Shown here piece by piece: positions 36,091-46,789 of a stretch of DNA of 64,000 nucleotides (position 1 is its first letter; each line of letters begins with the position of its first letter). The notes below the pieces were generated by a model. It was not told where the DNA came from. It worked only from the letters and a program-made list of their open reading frames with translations, and ran no database searches. Made by a program: the position numbers and the translations under genes. Origin of the DNA: a virus (Duplodnaviria > Caudoviricetes); IMG/VR virus record IMGVR_UViG_3300006056_000027, positions 1 to 64,000 of that record. One strand, written 5' to 3'.

Positions 36091-36799
36091 AACTGTTTTT
36101 AATATGGAAATTCTTGATGATGGCTCTATGGTTATAGAATCAACTGATGGATCCGTTAAGTCTAAAAAGACAACATCTTTAGGTTACTTCCTAGAGACTT
36201 TTGGTAGTATGTTCAATAGTATTGAAACTCCTATATTGCCATTAAATTGTAGAAAAATTATCAAATCAAGTACCAATGAATTGTATATATTTGAGTATCC
36301 TTCTGCTTATAGAAGAATCACTTATGATGATGTTCATTATGAAAATGTGCTTTGTCCAAGAACTATCTTTATTGTTAAACTGGCCGTTGATGGTGCTGGT
36401 GCTAAAACTTTAGTTAAGGCTAATTTCTTTATTCCAGATAACATTAGTCCATTTAGTTTAGATATGCCTTTGCATACTTGGATCTTTAATAACTTTAAAG
36501 AAGGCACTATTTGTTGGGGCACCAATGAAAGTACCGCTAGAAAACTATTAACAAACGATCCATCTACGTATGCTGGTTTGTTTAATGTTTATATTGGTTC
36601 AAAATTTAATGACCATTGGCCTCAACAGGTTAATACTGCTGCGTTTATCAAAGATACTCCCGATGCTATTGGTCGTCCGCATATGTTAAAAATTATTTTA
36701 GGTTTGCAAAATAAACAGGTGTTTCCTGATTCTGCATTAACCAAAACTCCAATCACTTTAAGACAAATTGTTGTCGATTACAATTCTGGAAAATTTTAA
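36083..36799 (+). CDS. Prokaryotic E2-like protein (Prok-E2 D / PRTRC protein B-like)
   Basis: ETPILP, FNNFKEGTICWG (catalytic Cys), SKFNDH. Confidence 0.7.
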   Translation: MAKTVFNMEILDDGSMVIESTDGSVKSKKTTSLGYFLETFGSMFNSIETPILPLNCRKIIKSSTNELYIFEYPSAYRRITYDDVHYENVLCPRTIFIVKLAVDGAGAKTLVKANFFIPDNISPFSLDMPLHTWIFNNFKEGTICWGTNESTARKLLTNDPSTYAGLFNVYIGSKFNDHWPQQVNTAAFIKDTPDAIGRPHMLKIILGLQNKQVFPDSALTKTPITLRQIVVDYNSGKF

Positions 36800-37923
36800 T
36801 GTCCAATTTGATGTCTGTGCTCTTAGGTTCTAAGGGTGAATCTAAAATTGAAGATCTAGAATCTACTAAGCAATTTTGTACTGGTTTATTTAAAAATGGC
36901 TTATGGGAAAGACGTAAGACGGATTTAGGTTATTTTACTCATCAGCTAAATAATATTGAGATTCCGTATCTTACTAAGACCTGTACGCCAAAATTCGAAA
37001 TGTCTCTGCCTAAGATGCCTATTGGTATTTATAATGAGATTTTGAGATTCTTTTTACAGATCTATGGATCTGTTAAGTCTGAAGTTATTGTCCAAGTGTT
37101 TTGGAATTTAACTACTAAGAAGTATGAATTGTACGTTCCTGTACAAAAAGTTGCTGGCGCTTCTATCGTTCTAGAAAGAAATCTTGGGCCAATGATTGAT
37201 CCTAATATGGCATGGATTGCTGACATTCATAGTCATAATGTTATGGGTGCTGGATTCTCTGGTACTGATACGAATGATGAAAAATCTACTCGTTTGTTTG
37301 GTGTTATTGGTACTATTACTACTAAACCAACAAGTGCTTGGAGAGCTGGATGCAATCAGAAGTTTGTAACTTTACAAATGATTGATATCTTTGATTCCGA
37401 ATCTACAGAAGTGTTTGCTATTGATCCAGAGGCAATCAAAAACGTTACTGAATTTCGACCTGCCGTGGTTATAAGCTATCCGCCATTAGGTAATCGTATT
37501 CAAAGCCAAGCTACCGTAAGAGATGCTCATGGTAGAATTATTTCTCCTCATGTTAAGTATCCTGTTACTGGTGTTCCTATTAGTCCAGAGCGCTATCCAA
37601 AAGGCGACTTTGATTATATGGCGTATTTAGATTATCTATCCGACGGAGATGAGTCTGCTGATGAATGGGCCAAGCCAATTTATTATGATGCTGTAACTGA
37701 TTTTATTAAAACCTTTAAGGCTTGGGTTTCCTCTGTCAATGATGGAGATGATAGTCAGGCTATTAATAGACAGCTGATTTCAGATTTCTGCGATATGATT
37801 AGCGAATGCGATATGATGGAACAAGATTTTATTGAAGATGTTATTAACGAGCTATCATTACACGCCTCTAGTAGAGAGTGGATTGATATTGTTAAGCATG
37901 CATCAGACTTAGGAGGATTTTAA
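36799..37923 (+). CDS. JAB/MPN+ peptidase (PRTRC protein A-like)
   Basis: SEVI...DIHSHNVMGAGFSGTDTNDE JAMM motif. Confidence 0.85.
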   Translation: MSNLMSVLLGSKGESKIEDLESTKQFCTGLFKNGLWERRKTDLGYFTHQLNNIEIPYLTKTCTPKFEMSLPKMPIGIYNEILRFFLQIYGSVKSEVIVQVFWNLTTKKYELYVPVQKVAGASIVLERNLGPMIDPNMAWIADIHSHNVMGAGFSGTDTNDEKSTRLFGVIGTITTKPTSAWRAGCNQKFVTLQMIDIFDSESTEVFAIDPEAIKNVTEFRPAVVISYPPLGNRIQSQATVRDAHGRIISPHVKYPVTGVPISPERYPKGDFDYMAYLDYLSDGDESADEWAKPIYYDAVTDFIKTFKAWVSSVNDGDDSQAINRQLISDFCDMISECDMMEQDFIEDVINELSLHASSREWIDIVKHASDLGGF

Positions 37924-39284
37924 TGGACGACGTACAATTAGAGAATATGAAAAGCTCTCTTGCTTATCAGATTAAAAATCATCAATCTTCTGTTATTGGT
38001 GTTCAACTAATACATAGCTCCTTGAATACTTTATTTAAACAATCTATTTTTAATAAAGCTATTACAGAAACCTTAATGCAGGGTTTGTTAGTTGACTCTA
38101 AAACTATTACATCAATTGTTATTAATGGATGTGGTGGCACTGGAGGCTGGTTCTTGCCTAAGCTTGTTAAGATTCTTAATGATGCTAAAGCAAAAGGAAA
38201 GCTTGCTGATGTTCTAGATATCTATCTTATTGATGGCGATAAGGTTTCAAGAAAGAATCTGATTAGACAGAATTTTATTGAAAGAGATATTGATAAAAAC
38301 AAAGCTGAAGTAATGTGTAATAGATATTCTGGTCTTTTATCTCGTGGCATAAATATGTGCTATATAGATAAATATGTTACTAGTAAATCTATTCTTGAAA
38401 CCTACAACCCTTTAATTGCTGGTAAGTTTGTAGATGTTCAAAGCTTGCCATATATGGGGACCAATAGAGGTGCTAATAGAAACACTGTTTTAATTCTTAA
38501 CTTTGTTGATAATGCTGTTAGTAGAAAAGTAATCCATCAAAGCGCTATCAATATTGGCAACACTGGCATGACCGATGCTGTTGTTATTGACGCTGGTAAC
38601 AACTCTTATAATGGACAGGTTATAGTCTCTTCCTATCCACATGTTTTACCTTCTAATTATTATATAAATTCTTCTGATGAATTGTATGATAATGAGGCTG
38701 TTAAACTAGAGAATTGTGCTGATGCTGATTTGGCTGCTAATAATCCTGAACAATTATTTAATGCAAACGATTTTTCGGCTGCTGTTACTGGTAATTTAAT
38801 TAACACCTTATTTGCTGAAAATAGAATTCATTACGGGCAAACTGGTTTCACGACTGGTAGTAATTTAACTATCACTCAAATATATCCGTTAATGTCATGT
38901 ATTTCTCATGGTAAGAATCTTCTTTATGCTTTAGCTACTGTAAATAAGATGCGTGTTAATGAACCTATTATTGAACAGTTTAAGACTGTTGATAATGCAA
39001 AATATCTTCAGTTGGTTCAGCAATACATTTTTAGTGGTTCAAATTATTACATTGGTAGCAATTTAGCAGTAGGGACTAATTTGTTCCTTACGAATATCCG
39101 TAAATACATTAATGATGTTTATATACCTAATGCAACTATGCAGCATTCTAGTAGCTCCTATATTTCATCAGCTGAAATGTTACAAGTTAGTCTAAAATTA
39201 TATGTACATTCGCTCGAACAGGCCAAACTTGCTCAGAAGGCAAAGCCTACAAACGAAGGGCAGCAGATTGCTCTTGCAGCCTAA
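37923..39284 (+). CDS. ThiF/E1-like activating enzyme
   Basis: GCGGTGG, IDGDKV..KNLIRQNF, NKAE, VDN, IDAGN, ENCAD. Confidence 0.88.
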   Translation: MDDVQLENMKSSLAYQIKNHQSSVIGVQLIHSSLNTLFKQSIFNKAITETLMQGLLVDSKTITSIVINGCGGTGGWFLPKLVKILNDAKAKGKLADVLDIYLIDGDKVSRKNLIRQNFIERDIDKNKAEVMCNRYSGLLSRGINMCYIDKYVTSKSILETYNPLIAGKFVDVQSLPYMGTNRGANRNTVLILNFVDNAVSRKVIHQSAINIGNTGMTDAVVIDAGNNSYNGQVIVSSYPHVLPSNYYINSSDELYDNEAVKLENCADADLAANNPEQLFNANDFSAAVTGNLINTLFAENRIHYGQTGFTTGSNLTITQIYPLMSCISHGKNLLYALATVNKMRVNEPIIEQFKTVDNAKYLQLVQQYIFSGSNYYIGSNLAVGTNLFLTNIRKYINDVYIPNATMQHSSSSYISSAEMLQVSLKLYVHSLEQAKLAQKAKPTNEGQQIALAA

Positions 39285-40554
39285 ACATATAGATACTGGT
39301 CTTTCTTTTGAGTCTTTTCTTGGCCAGTTTTCTGGCCTTTTAGATTTGTATGTAGATGTTAATAGTCTATGCACAAAGATCTTGGTTAGCCCAGATATCT
39401 ATAAGACTGATAAGGCTCAAAAGTCTATTAAGTATTTGATGGATAGGTTTGATATTCACTGCTTTATGCATTCTACTACAATCTCTAAATTTAAAGATTT
39501 ATCTGATAGATTTAAAAGATTAAAGACTATCTATCTTAAGATGCCAAATTGTCAGGATTATTATCTTGCCAAGATTCTTGATGTGGTTAGTCAGCTAATT
39601 CCATTGTTTAATTTATTATCTGAATTTACTGGTTCTGTTTCTAATACTTTTATGTATAGAAATATTAAAATTGGTGAAAGGGTTATATCTATTATTAATC
39701 CGTCTTTCTCTATTGTTTTTCAAAATGAGATTAAGAAAAATCAAATTGCTATACATAATTACTTCTATGATCTTAGTGATACTTTTATTAAGTATTATGG
39801 ATTATCTGAGAATGTGTATGGCTTTGTAAAGAACAAAAGCTGTATAAGCAATGCTCAATTTCATTTAGCTAATAAGCCTGAATCTGTAATTAATTTAGAT
39901 ATTAATAAATTTTTCAATAACTGTTCTTTGTATAAAATTATTAAGTATGGCAATCTTTCTGAATTATTTTCTTTGTTTGAATACAAGGATCGTCTACTGT
40001 TTTCTGGATACCAGATAGGTGTTCTATCTATACTATCTTTTGCTACACATAATTCTGTGTTTGCTACTGGTGCTAGATTTACTCCGACTTTATCTAACCT
40101 AATATTAATTCCTATGGATGTTAAGATTAAGGCCTTACTTAAAGAGTATGGTAGATTGAATAATGCAAATATTTGTTATTCTAGATATGCTGATGATATA
40201 ACAATATCTTCTAATAAAAGTAAATCTGATAATAACTTTATTCTTAATATAAGCCTTGTTAATTCTATAGAAGCAATTCTAAATGAATATGGGTTCTATA
40301 TTAATTATACCAAGACTAAAATTTGTGGTAAAAAAGATAGAAAGCAGGTTAATAATATCAACCTTGATATCGTAAATAATTGTCTGTCTTTTGGATCGGA
40401 TGAGAAATTGAAATATAAGATGCTATATAATAATCCAGATGCCTCTCAAGAGTCTAAAGATTATTTAAAGTGTCTACTGCCATATATTAAACAAATAAAT
40501 CCAAAACAATATGATTATATAATGAGTGATTTTAATGATACACATTTATCATAA
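39202..40554 (+). CDS. Retron-like reverse transcriptase with N-terminal extension (start uncertain)
   Basis: YGFVKNKS, NAQFH (NAxxH), LDINKFF, ATGARFTPTLSN, YSRYADDITIS, INYTKTKI, KQVNNI at the VTG position. Confidence 0.88.
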   Translation: MYIRSNRPNLLRRQSLQTKGSRLLLQPKHIDTGLSFESFLGQFSGLLDLYVDVNSLCTKILVSPDIYKTDKAQKSIKYLMDRFDIHCFMHSTTISKFKDLSDRFKRLKTIYLKMPNCQDYYLAKILDVVSQLIPLFNLLSEFTGSVSNTFMYRNIKIGERVISIINPSFSIVFQNEIKKNQIAIHNYFYDLSDTFIKYYGLSENVYGFVKNKSCISNAQFHLANKPESVINLDINKFFNNCSLYKIIKYGNLSELFSLFEYKDRLLFSGYQIGVLSILSFATHNSVFATGARFTPTLSNLILIPMDVKIKALLKEYGRLNNANICYSRYADDITISSNKSKSDNNFILNISLVNSIEAILNEYGFYINYTKTKICGKKDRKQVNNINLDIVNNCLSFGSDEKLKYKMLYNNPDASQESKDYLKCLLPYIKQINPKQYDYIMSDFNDTHLS

Positions 40555-41272
40555 AGGCTTTTCTGCTGCTGACAAACAGGGCATATTAAAAATATTATCC
40601 TTTGTTCAGATTACTGCAGAAGAATGCTTATTTATAGATAGCACGATTGAAGATATTGATATCAAAGGTAAGGATTTTATCCTATGCTTTGGTTCTTATA
40701 AGGAAGTTACTAGGGCTTTGGTTGCTTCTGGATTTTTTAAAGTTGGCGACCTTCTGGGTAAAGATACTTATGATCCCTCTAGCTCATTCTCTTTAATTAA
40801 TATTCCATACGATATGACTCAGATCTTTTCTAAAGAAGAAGTTAAGCAGGTCGTATGGTCTAAACTTAGTAAGTTTGGTGAATACTATATTAATGTCTGT
40901 GAAAGGGGTGCAAGCAAGACTAAACAACCCTCTCAGCAAATGGAACTTCCTTTTGATGACGACATCTCTATGATAGCGCCTGTGCCTATTGTAGAAGATG
41001 CTGCATTAACTACGGTTGATGTAGAAACCTTAATGGCTGCCATATCTCAGACTATAGACTTATCCGATATAGGATTAGGTAAAAGTCTTTCTTTAAGCTC
41101 TAAGATTGAACTAGATACTCCATCTGGCAAATTAGTTATTTATCCTACCAATAGAATAGCTACACCAGATGCAAATAAAACTCACTTATCTTTTAAGGAT
41201 AGCTTGGCTTTGCTAAGACTAAGTATCATGTTTGATGCTACTAAGATAAGTTTTTTTAACGACGCCACATAA
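40535..41272 (+). CDS. Hypothetical protein overlapping RT stop (possible RT partner)
   Basis: Overlaps the RT 3' end; N-domain loosely resembles UDG-like/HolD folds. Confidence 0.6.
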   Translation: MIHIYHKGFSAADKQGILKILSFVQITAEECLFIDSTIEDIDIKGKDFILCFGSYKEVTRALVASGFFKVGDLLGKDTYDPSSSFSLINIPYDMTQIFSKEEVKQVVWSKLSKFGEYYINVCERGASKTKQPSQQMELPFDDDISMIAPVPIVEDAALTTVDVETLMAAISQTIDLSDIGLGKSLSLSSKIELDTPSGKLVIYPTNRIATPDANKTHLSFKDSLALLRLSIMFDATKISFFNDAT

Positions 41273-41578
41273 ATGCATATTTTTATTGCTAAGCTGATAA
41301 AAACTTTCATCTCTACATTAATGATGTATTTGTCTAGAAAGTTAATCTATTACATAGATGATTATTTTAGCAGCAAAATAATGCAAGATACCCCTACCAT
41401 AACATGTGATTATTGCGGCTTTTCATTTGATAAAGAAATTGTATATTCTCTTTACCATAAAAAATGTCCGCAATGTCTAGCAAAATTCCAATGCGATTTT
41501 ATAGAATATGACAACGGATCAATCAACCGAACAAACCACTTCCACACCAATCAATATCACAAAGCAAATGTCCATTAG
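41273..41578 (+). CDS. Zn-ribbon protein
   Basis: CDYC...CPQC. Confidence 0.5.
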   Translation: MHIFIAKLIKTFISTLMMYLSRKLIYYIDDYFSSKIMQDTPTITCDYCGFSFDKEIVYSLYHKKCPQCLAKFQCDFIEYDNGSINRTNHFHTNQYHKANVH

Positions 41579-41828
41579 CCTTGATGAATCTAATCAGTTG
41601 AATTTTACCCTTAGCGATACTTGGTCTGTCCATGAAGCTTTTGGTGTTTTATTCCTTGCTGGTATTAATTTGTATATTAACAACTTAAGTCCAGTTAGAG
41701 GTCTTCATGAAAAGCTTGATCATTTGATTCAAACTAGCTCACAACCAGCAACTACTGGCGCGGCTACTCCTTCAATGTCTGACTTATTAATGGCTGCTGC
41801 TGAACAACTAAAGACTAATAATGATTGA
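41508..41828 (+). CDS. Hypothetical protein
   Basis: ORF in operon. Confidence 0.55.
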   Translation: MTTDQSTEQTTSTPINITKQMSISLDESNQLNFTLSDTWSVHEAFGVLFLAGINLYINNLSPVRGLHEKLDHLIQTSSQPATTGAATPSMSDLLMAAAEQLKTNND

Positions 41829-42396
41829 TACTGTATATTTTGCTGCTATAGATGCGTCAATAACTAGCACTGGTATTTCGATACTGTCTGTTACGGATGA
41901 GAACAAGTTTATCTTGCATGACAAGACCACTTTGTCAGTCGGCACCAAAAAATATAATGATCCAACTAAATTTAACAAGAAAATGGATATGTATAGATTG
42001 TTTAAGTTTTACTTTGACAATTTAAAATACAAAATATCCTTTGCTGTCTTTGAAAATTATTCATACCGTTCTAATGGTCAGTTGGCTGATATAGGTGAAC
42101 TTGGTGGACTGTATAAGTCTTATTTGCATCAAAATGATATCAGCTTTGATACTATTCCTCCTGCTAGCGTTAAGCTAATAATTACAGGAAATGGTAGAGC
42201 AGAGAAGACGGAAGTAGCGGAGGCTATAAGAAAGCATGTTATTAATATTGATAATTTTACTTTTAATAATTATGACGAGACAGACAGTGTAGCTGTTGGT
42301 ATTGCTTATTCATTAAAAATGTTAGAGATAATTGAAGATGAACCTAAACAAAATACAGTCAAAAATAAAAGAGTTCGTAGAGTCAAACCAAAATGA
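41821..42396 (+). CDS. RuvC-like Holliday junction resolvase
   Basis: AIDASITSTG, VFENY, VKLIITGNGRAEK, DETDS. Confidence 0.85.
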   Translation: MIDTVYFAAIDASITSTGISILSVTDENKFILHDKTTLSVGTKKYNDPTKFNKKMDMYRLFKFYFDNLKYKISFAVFENYSYRSNGQLADIGELGGLYKSYLHQNDISFDTIPPASVKLIITGNGRAEKTEVAEAIRKHVINIDNFTFNNYDETDSVAVGIAYSLKMLEIIEDEPKQNTVKNKRVRRVKPK

Positions 42397-42605
42397 TCTA
42401 CTTACCTCATCTGAGTATATAATTTATTGTGCTAACTTACTTTTAGCTTTGTCTGGAACGACTCTTGGGATGGATCCTAAGTATGCTAATTTAAGTCTTA
42501 CTGATTATTTTGCACTTGAAAAAGCATCTATAGATGACGATAGTCCTTATATATCTATTGCTATGCTTGCTCATGGCCTTATAGAGGTTTCTAGTAGGTT
42601 TGAAA

Positions 42606-43103
42606 ATGACGAGTAGTGTAGATTTAATTATAGACGCTTCGCAGATGCTTATTGATTGTGAAACCTTATGCTTGACTGGTATTCAGTTTAGAGAGAAAAC
42701 TTTGGCTCAATGGGAAGAAGATTTAAAGCTTCCCACTTTAAGTGACAATATGTCGTATGCGGATATACAAAAGTATAACTTTGCGTATGTAAGATTAAAC
42801 GAAGTTATTATGTCTAATTACTCTTATGCTAAGGCTATGTATAATTTTTCTAATTTAACTTATCAGGCTGCTATAAAAAGCAAAACTAAGCTTGCCTTGG
42901 ACGATATTAAAAAGGACGCCACTAAACGTGCTCCTGGAATGGACAGTTTAGAAAAGAATATTTCACTACAGTGTATAGAAGAATTTACTGCATTAAAGAT
43001 TAATGAAATATTTTTAGATTTCTGGAAAATATATTATGAAAAAATGCAGTTATTAGACTCTAGACTCTCTAATATTAACTACATGTATAAAGGTCAGATA
43101 TGA
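42606..43103 (+). CDS. Hypothetical helical protein
   Basis: ORF upstream of recA. Confidence 0.55.
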   Translation: MTSSVDLIIDASQMLIDCETLCLTGIQFREKTLAQWEEDLKLPTLSDNMSYADIQKYNFAYVRLNEVIMSNYSYAKAMYNFSNLTYQAAIKSKTKLALDDIKKDATKRAPGMDSLEKNISLQCIEEFTALKINEIFLDFWKIYYEKMQLLDSRLSNINYMYKGQI

Positions 43104-43630
43104 AAATTGTTTTAGCTACCCCATACGATGGTATGAATCAATACATACTAGATAATCATTGCTCTATAAGAATCTTGCTATTAAGCAGTGAATCTTTTTT
43201 AGACTTAATTATTGATTTCTGTACGAAGTACGGAATTACCGAAGATCCATTTTGGATTATGAGGTCTGCTATTTCTAACGTTCATTACGCAAATAGATTG
43301 CCATTACTTAGTATTGATTTTGTATTTGCTGTATTTGATTATTTAATTTCTAAATACGATCATCTTATTCAAGATACTCACCTTATTCATGTTTTATATA
43401 TGCATGATGTGCGTACTATGATTCTTGATTCAGGAATGATTAATGCATATCTTTCTAAGAATGTTATTAGTGTTGTGGATGATTCTTTACACTTAAAGGG
43501 TATTGGTTTACATACCCGTGAATATGTTGCTATCGGTGCCGATAGATACTATTCATTGCGAAAAATTTGCGAGCTACTTAAGGTTCCGCCTGGTAGGTTC
43601 GTACATATAGATGGAAAATTAGAAACATAA
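43100..43630 (+). CDS. Hypothetical protein
   Basis: Coupled to recA. Confidence 0.55.
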   Translation: MKIVLATPYDGMNQYILDNHCSIRILLLSSESFLDLIIDFCTKYGITEDPFWIMRSAISNVHYANRLPLLSIDFVFAVFDYLISKYDHLIQDTHLIHVLYMHDVRTMILDSGMINAYLSKNVISVVDDSLHLKGIGLHTREYVAIGADRYYSLRKICELLKVPPGRFVHIDGKLET

Positions 43631-44754
43631 TGGCAAAGAAAAAAGAAGTTGAAGTTAAACAGACCAATTTCTCTCCTGAAGAAAGGATGAAAATCTTATC
43701 TTCAATGAAGACTGTTTTAAAAAAGAAATTTGGTGAATCTGTTATTGCTGATCATCAAAAGTTAAAGATAGAATCTGTATCTACTGGATCTCCTTTGCTT
43801 GATGGTGCTATCACTGGCTTTGGTTATGCTAGAGGTAGATTTATTGAACTTAGTGGTGAGAATTCATCTGGTAAGACTACTACTGCAACATTAATGCTTA
43901 TTGAATCTCAAAGAGCATATCCCGATGAGCTGATTGGCTTTATTGATATTGAGCATGCCATTAATTTGGAATACGCTCAAATTCTTGGTCTGGATATTAG
44001 TCCTGAAAGATTCATCCTTAGTCAGCCAAGTAGTGCTGAAGAAGCGTTTGAAATTCTTGGTGCATTTTCTGAGTCTGGATTATTTAGTGCTATATGCTTC
44101 GATTCAATCGGTGCGTTGGTAACTCAAGATCAGTTAGATAAAGGTATGGATGAGAATACTATTGGTTCTGTTGGCCGCTTGATTGGTAAATCAATTAGTC
44201 GTATCAATATTGCTGCATGTGCTTCTAATACTACAATTATTTGGATTAACCAAATTAGAACAAAGATTTCTTTATTCGGATCTAGTGAAACTGTTGCTGG
44301 CGGTCGTGCATTGCCATTCTTCCATTCTACTAGAATTAAGATTAAGAAGATCAATGTAATCATGGTTAAAGATAAACCTGTTGGTCAAGTAGTTAAATAT
44401 GAGGTGACTAAAAATAAAGTCGGTACTCCTTTTGGAGTTATTGAAACGGCTATTTATTTTGGTATCGGATTTGACGAATACACAGAAACTATCGAAATAG
44501 CTTATAAGACTGGAATTATCCAGCCTGCTGGTGCTTGGTGCTATCTTGACAAAGGAACGCCTCAAGAGCTTAAATGGAACGGCAAGGCCGCTTGTATTCA
44601 ATGGTTCAGAGATAATCTAGAAGCATTTACTCCATTCAAGGTTAGAGTTTTGGAAGCTAATACTCCAGAAGTTGATATTGCCTTAGCGACAGAAGTTGAT
44701 GAAGCTACAGGATTAACAAATACAGAAGTTCAAGGACTCGAAGTAAATGAGTGA
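43630..44754 (+). CDS. recA: RecA/UvsX recombinase
   Basis: STGS, GENSSGKTT, FIDIEHA, DSIGAL, INQIR, GGRAL, KNKV. Confidence 0.95.
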   Translation: MAKKKEVEVKQTNFSPEERMKILSSMKTVLKKKFGESVIADHQKLKIESVSTGSPLLDGAITGFGYARGRFIELSGENSSGKTTTATLMLIESQRAYPDELIGFIDIEHAINLEYAQILGLDISPERFILSQPSSAEEAFEILGAFSESGLFSAICFDSIGALVTQDQLDKGMDENTIGSVGRLIGKSISRINIAACASNTTIIWINQIRTKISLFGSSETVAGGRALPFFHSTRIKIKKINVIMVKDKPVGQVVKYEVTKNKVGTPFGVIETAIYFGIGFDEYTETIEIAYKTGIIQPAGAWCYLDKGTPQELKWNGKAACIQWFRDNLEAFTPFKVRVLEANTPEVDIALATEVDEATGLTNTEVQGLEVNE

Positions 44755-45244
44755 TATGAATTTAGCGATTGCCGAAGCTATAAAGGCAAACCTACCAGAA
44801 GCAGTTGCTGGTGAAATGAAAAGATATCTTGACGAAGCTAAGGCTGCTATGTCTGATAATGTCAGGCTTAATAAAGCTTTAGCAGATGCTAGAGCTAGAA
44901 TTGCACAACTAGAAGAGTATTCTAGTAAGACTTCTCGTGAAAATGAGATTCTTAAAGATGCCGATATAAAAACTCAGGCTCTGGCTAAGGAATTACAGAA
45001 CAAGGAGATTGGTCATATTAAGCTTCTTGCTCGTAATGAGGCTGATATTGCTAATGCTGCAAAGAGTGCTGCGTTTGAAGTAATTGGGCTATTCTTAAGA
45101 AATCCATCTATCAGAACAGATATTCAGAGAACTGTTACGCATCCAGTAGAGGGAGTTCCTCCTTCTCAGTATAACTCTTCAGGATCTTGTGGTTTTGTTG
45201 GAAGCGGATTCGAAACTGAAAGTAAGACAGTAACCAATGAATAA
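44747..45244 (+). CDS. Coiled-coil hypothetical protein
   Basis: Heptad repeats. Confidence 0.6.
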   Translation: MSDMNLAIAEAIKANLPEAVAGEMKRYLDEAKAAMSDNVRLNKALADARARIAQLEEYSSKTSRENEILKDADIKTQALAKELQNKEIGHIKLLARNEADIANAAKSAAFEVIGLFLRNPSIRTDIQRTVTHPVEGVPPSQYNSSGSCGFVGSGFETESKTVTNE

Positions 45245-45731
45245 AGAACTGCATTGCGAATTAGTGCCAAAGACTTGTTGGTATTCCAATATGAGAGATC
45301 ATTTAAAACAATCTCAATGGGATAAGATTCGTCGTTGGTGCTATGAACGTGCAGGCCATGTCTGTGAAATCTGTGGTGATTCTGGAAAGAATCAGGGACG
45401 TAATCATGCGGTTGAAGCCCATGAAATATGGCATTATGATGATCCTACTAAGACTCAAACCTTAAAAGGTCTTATTGCCTTATGTCCCGCCTGTCACAAT
45501 GTTAAGCATTATGGCAGGGCACAGATTGTTGGTACTGATAAATCTGCACGATTTCAACTTAAAAAAGTAAATACACATTGGTCTTGGAAGGACGTCTTTG
45601 CTCATTGCGAAGCGGCTATTAAGACTTATGAAGAAAGAAGTAATCACAACTGGACTTTAAATATGGATTATTTAAAGGCTGAGTTTGGATTAGATATAAA
45701 AATAAAAAGAGAAATTATTGAGAACAAATAG
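45237..45731 (+). CDS. HNH endonuclease
   Basis: CEICG...EAHEIW...LCPACHNVKH. Confidence 0.82.
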   Translation: MNKELHCELVPKTCWYSNMRDHLKQSQWDKIRRWCYERAGHVCEICGDSGKNQGRNHAVEAHEIWHYDDPTKTQTLKGLIALCPACHNVKHYGRAQIVGTDKSARFQLKKVNTHWSWKDVFAHCEAAIKTYEERSNHNWTLNMDYLKAEFGLDIKIKREIIENK

Positions 45732-46200
45732 TCAATCCGTTAAGGATTTTATGATCATTTTTCAACAACCATTTTCATCGGTTCCTACTACTGATGTTCC
45801 ACTAGATACTATCAAGTTAAGATTAAGGCTATCGACGGAAGAACTGGAAGAGCTCTTTTTTGGGATTCTTGGGAAGGATGCTCAAAAGGCAGTTAACAAA
45901 TACTTCCATGATATTAATTCGTTTATTGATTCCTTATCTGAAAGTGATATTGATATTAAAATTGACGAAGTTGCAGACGCGTTAACCGATATTGACTATA
46001 TCAATAATGGTAATGCTGCTGTCTTTGGTGTTCCAATTGATGCAACCTTTGCAGAAGTGCATAGATCTAACCTTTCTAAGCTTGATGAGCTTGGTAGACC
46101 AATCTTCAGAGAAGATGGAAAGGTTATGAAAGGACCTAAGTATAGTCCTCCAAATCTTATGCCTATCTTAGAGGCTTATGGGTATAAGTCACATGAATGA
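45718..46200 (+). CDS. MazG-like/PRA-PH nucleotide pyrophosphohydrolase
   Basis: EELEE, DALTDIDY, EVHRSNLSK, DGKVMKGPKY. Confidence 0.85.
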   Translation: MRTNSQSVKDFMIIFQQPFSSVPTTDVPLDTIKLRLRLSTEELEELFFGILGKDAQKAVNKYFHDINSFIDSLSESDIDIKIDEVADALTDIDYINNGNAAVFGVPIDATFAEVHRSNLSKLDELGRPIFREDGKVMKGPKYSPPNLMPILEAYGYKSHE

Positions 46201-46480
46201 TTTTGAATCCTTTTATGACAATCAAATAGAATCTGAAATTAACGAAGATGATTCTATTGCTGACTTACTACAACAAAAAGCACCAACAAACAATTTATGC
46301 TCCGCTATAGATCCTGACGGTGAAATAGTTGGCTTGTCTGGCAATGATGATATTTTCTCATCTCCACAAGCTGCATTTTTTGAATTCTTTAAAGCTCTAT
46401 ACCTGAACAAGGACAAACTTGTTTCTGATGTTTTAAATCAGTTAGGCGTAGATCTATATTATATAAAATAAGGAAATATT

Positions 46481-46789
46481 ATGTCATTAAAAGACGTTAT
46501 TAGTACCACTGCTGCACAGCAAGGTATTTCTAAAGCTAAAACAAAAAGAGTTGTAGACTCTGTACTTGCTGCAATTACTGCCAACTTATCTGCTGGTGAA
46601 TCTTTTAGATTTCCAGGTCTAGGGGTGTTTAAGGTAAGAGATAGCGCTGCTCGTGTTTGTCGTAATCCGCAAACTGGTGGAACTATTGATATTCCAGCAA
46701 GAAAAGTTCCAAAAATCTCTTTCTCTAAGAGTGTTAAAGATGTTGTAAGGAATCCTCCAGCTATAACTGCTGTTGCCTATCATGACTGA
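46481..46789 (+). CDS. HU/IHF family DNA-binding protein
   Basis: GLGVF...RNPQTG...IPARKVPKI. Confidence 0.9.
   Translation: MSLKDVISTTAAQQGISKAKTKRVVDSVLAAITANLSAGESFRFPGLGVFKVRDSAARVCRNPQTGGTIDIPARKVPKISFSKSVKDVVRNPPAITAVAYHD

Noticed and set aside
39202-40554. Group II intron or DGR reverse transcriptase
   Set aside because: No flanking intron RNA or maturase domain; no TR/VR repeat pair or Avd-like gene seen; the NAxxH motif points to the retron-like class.
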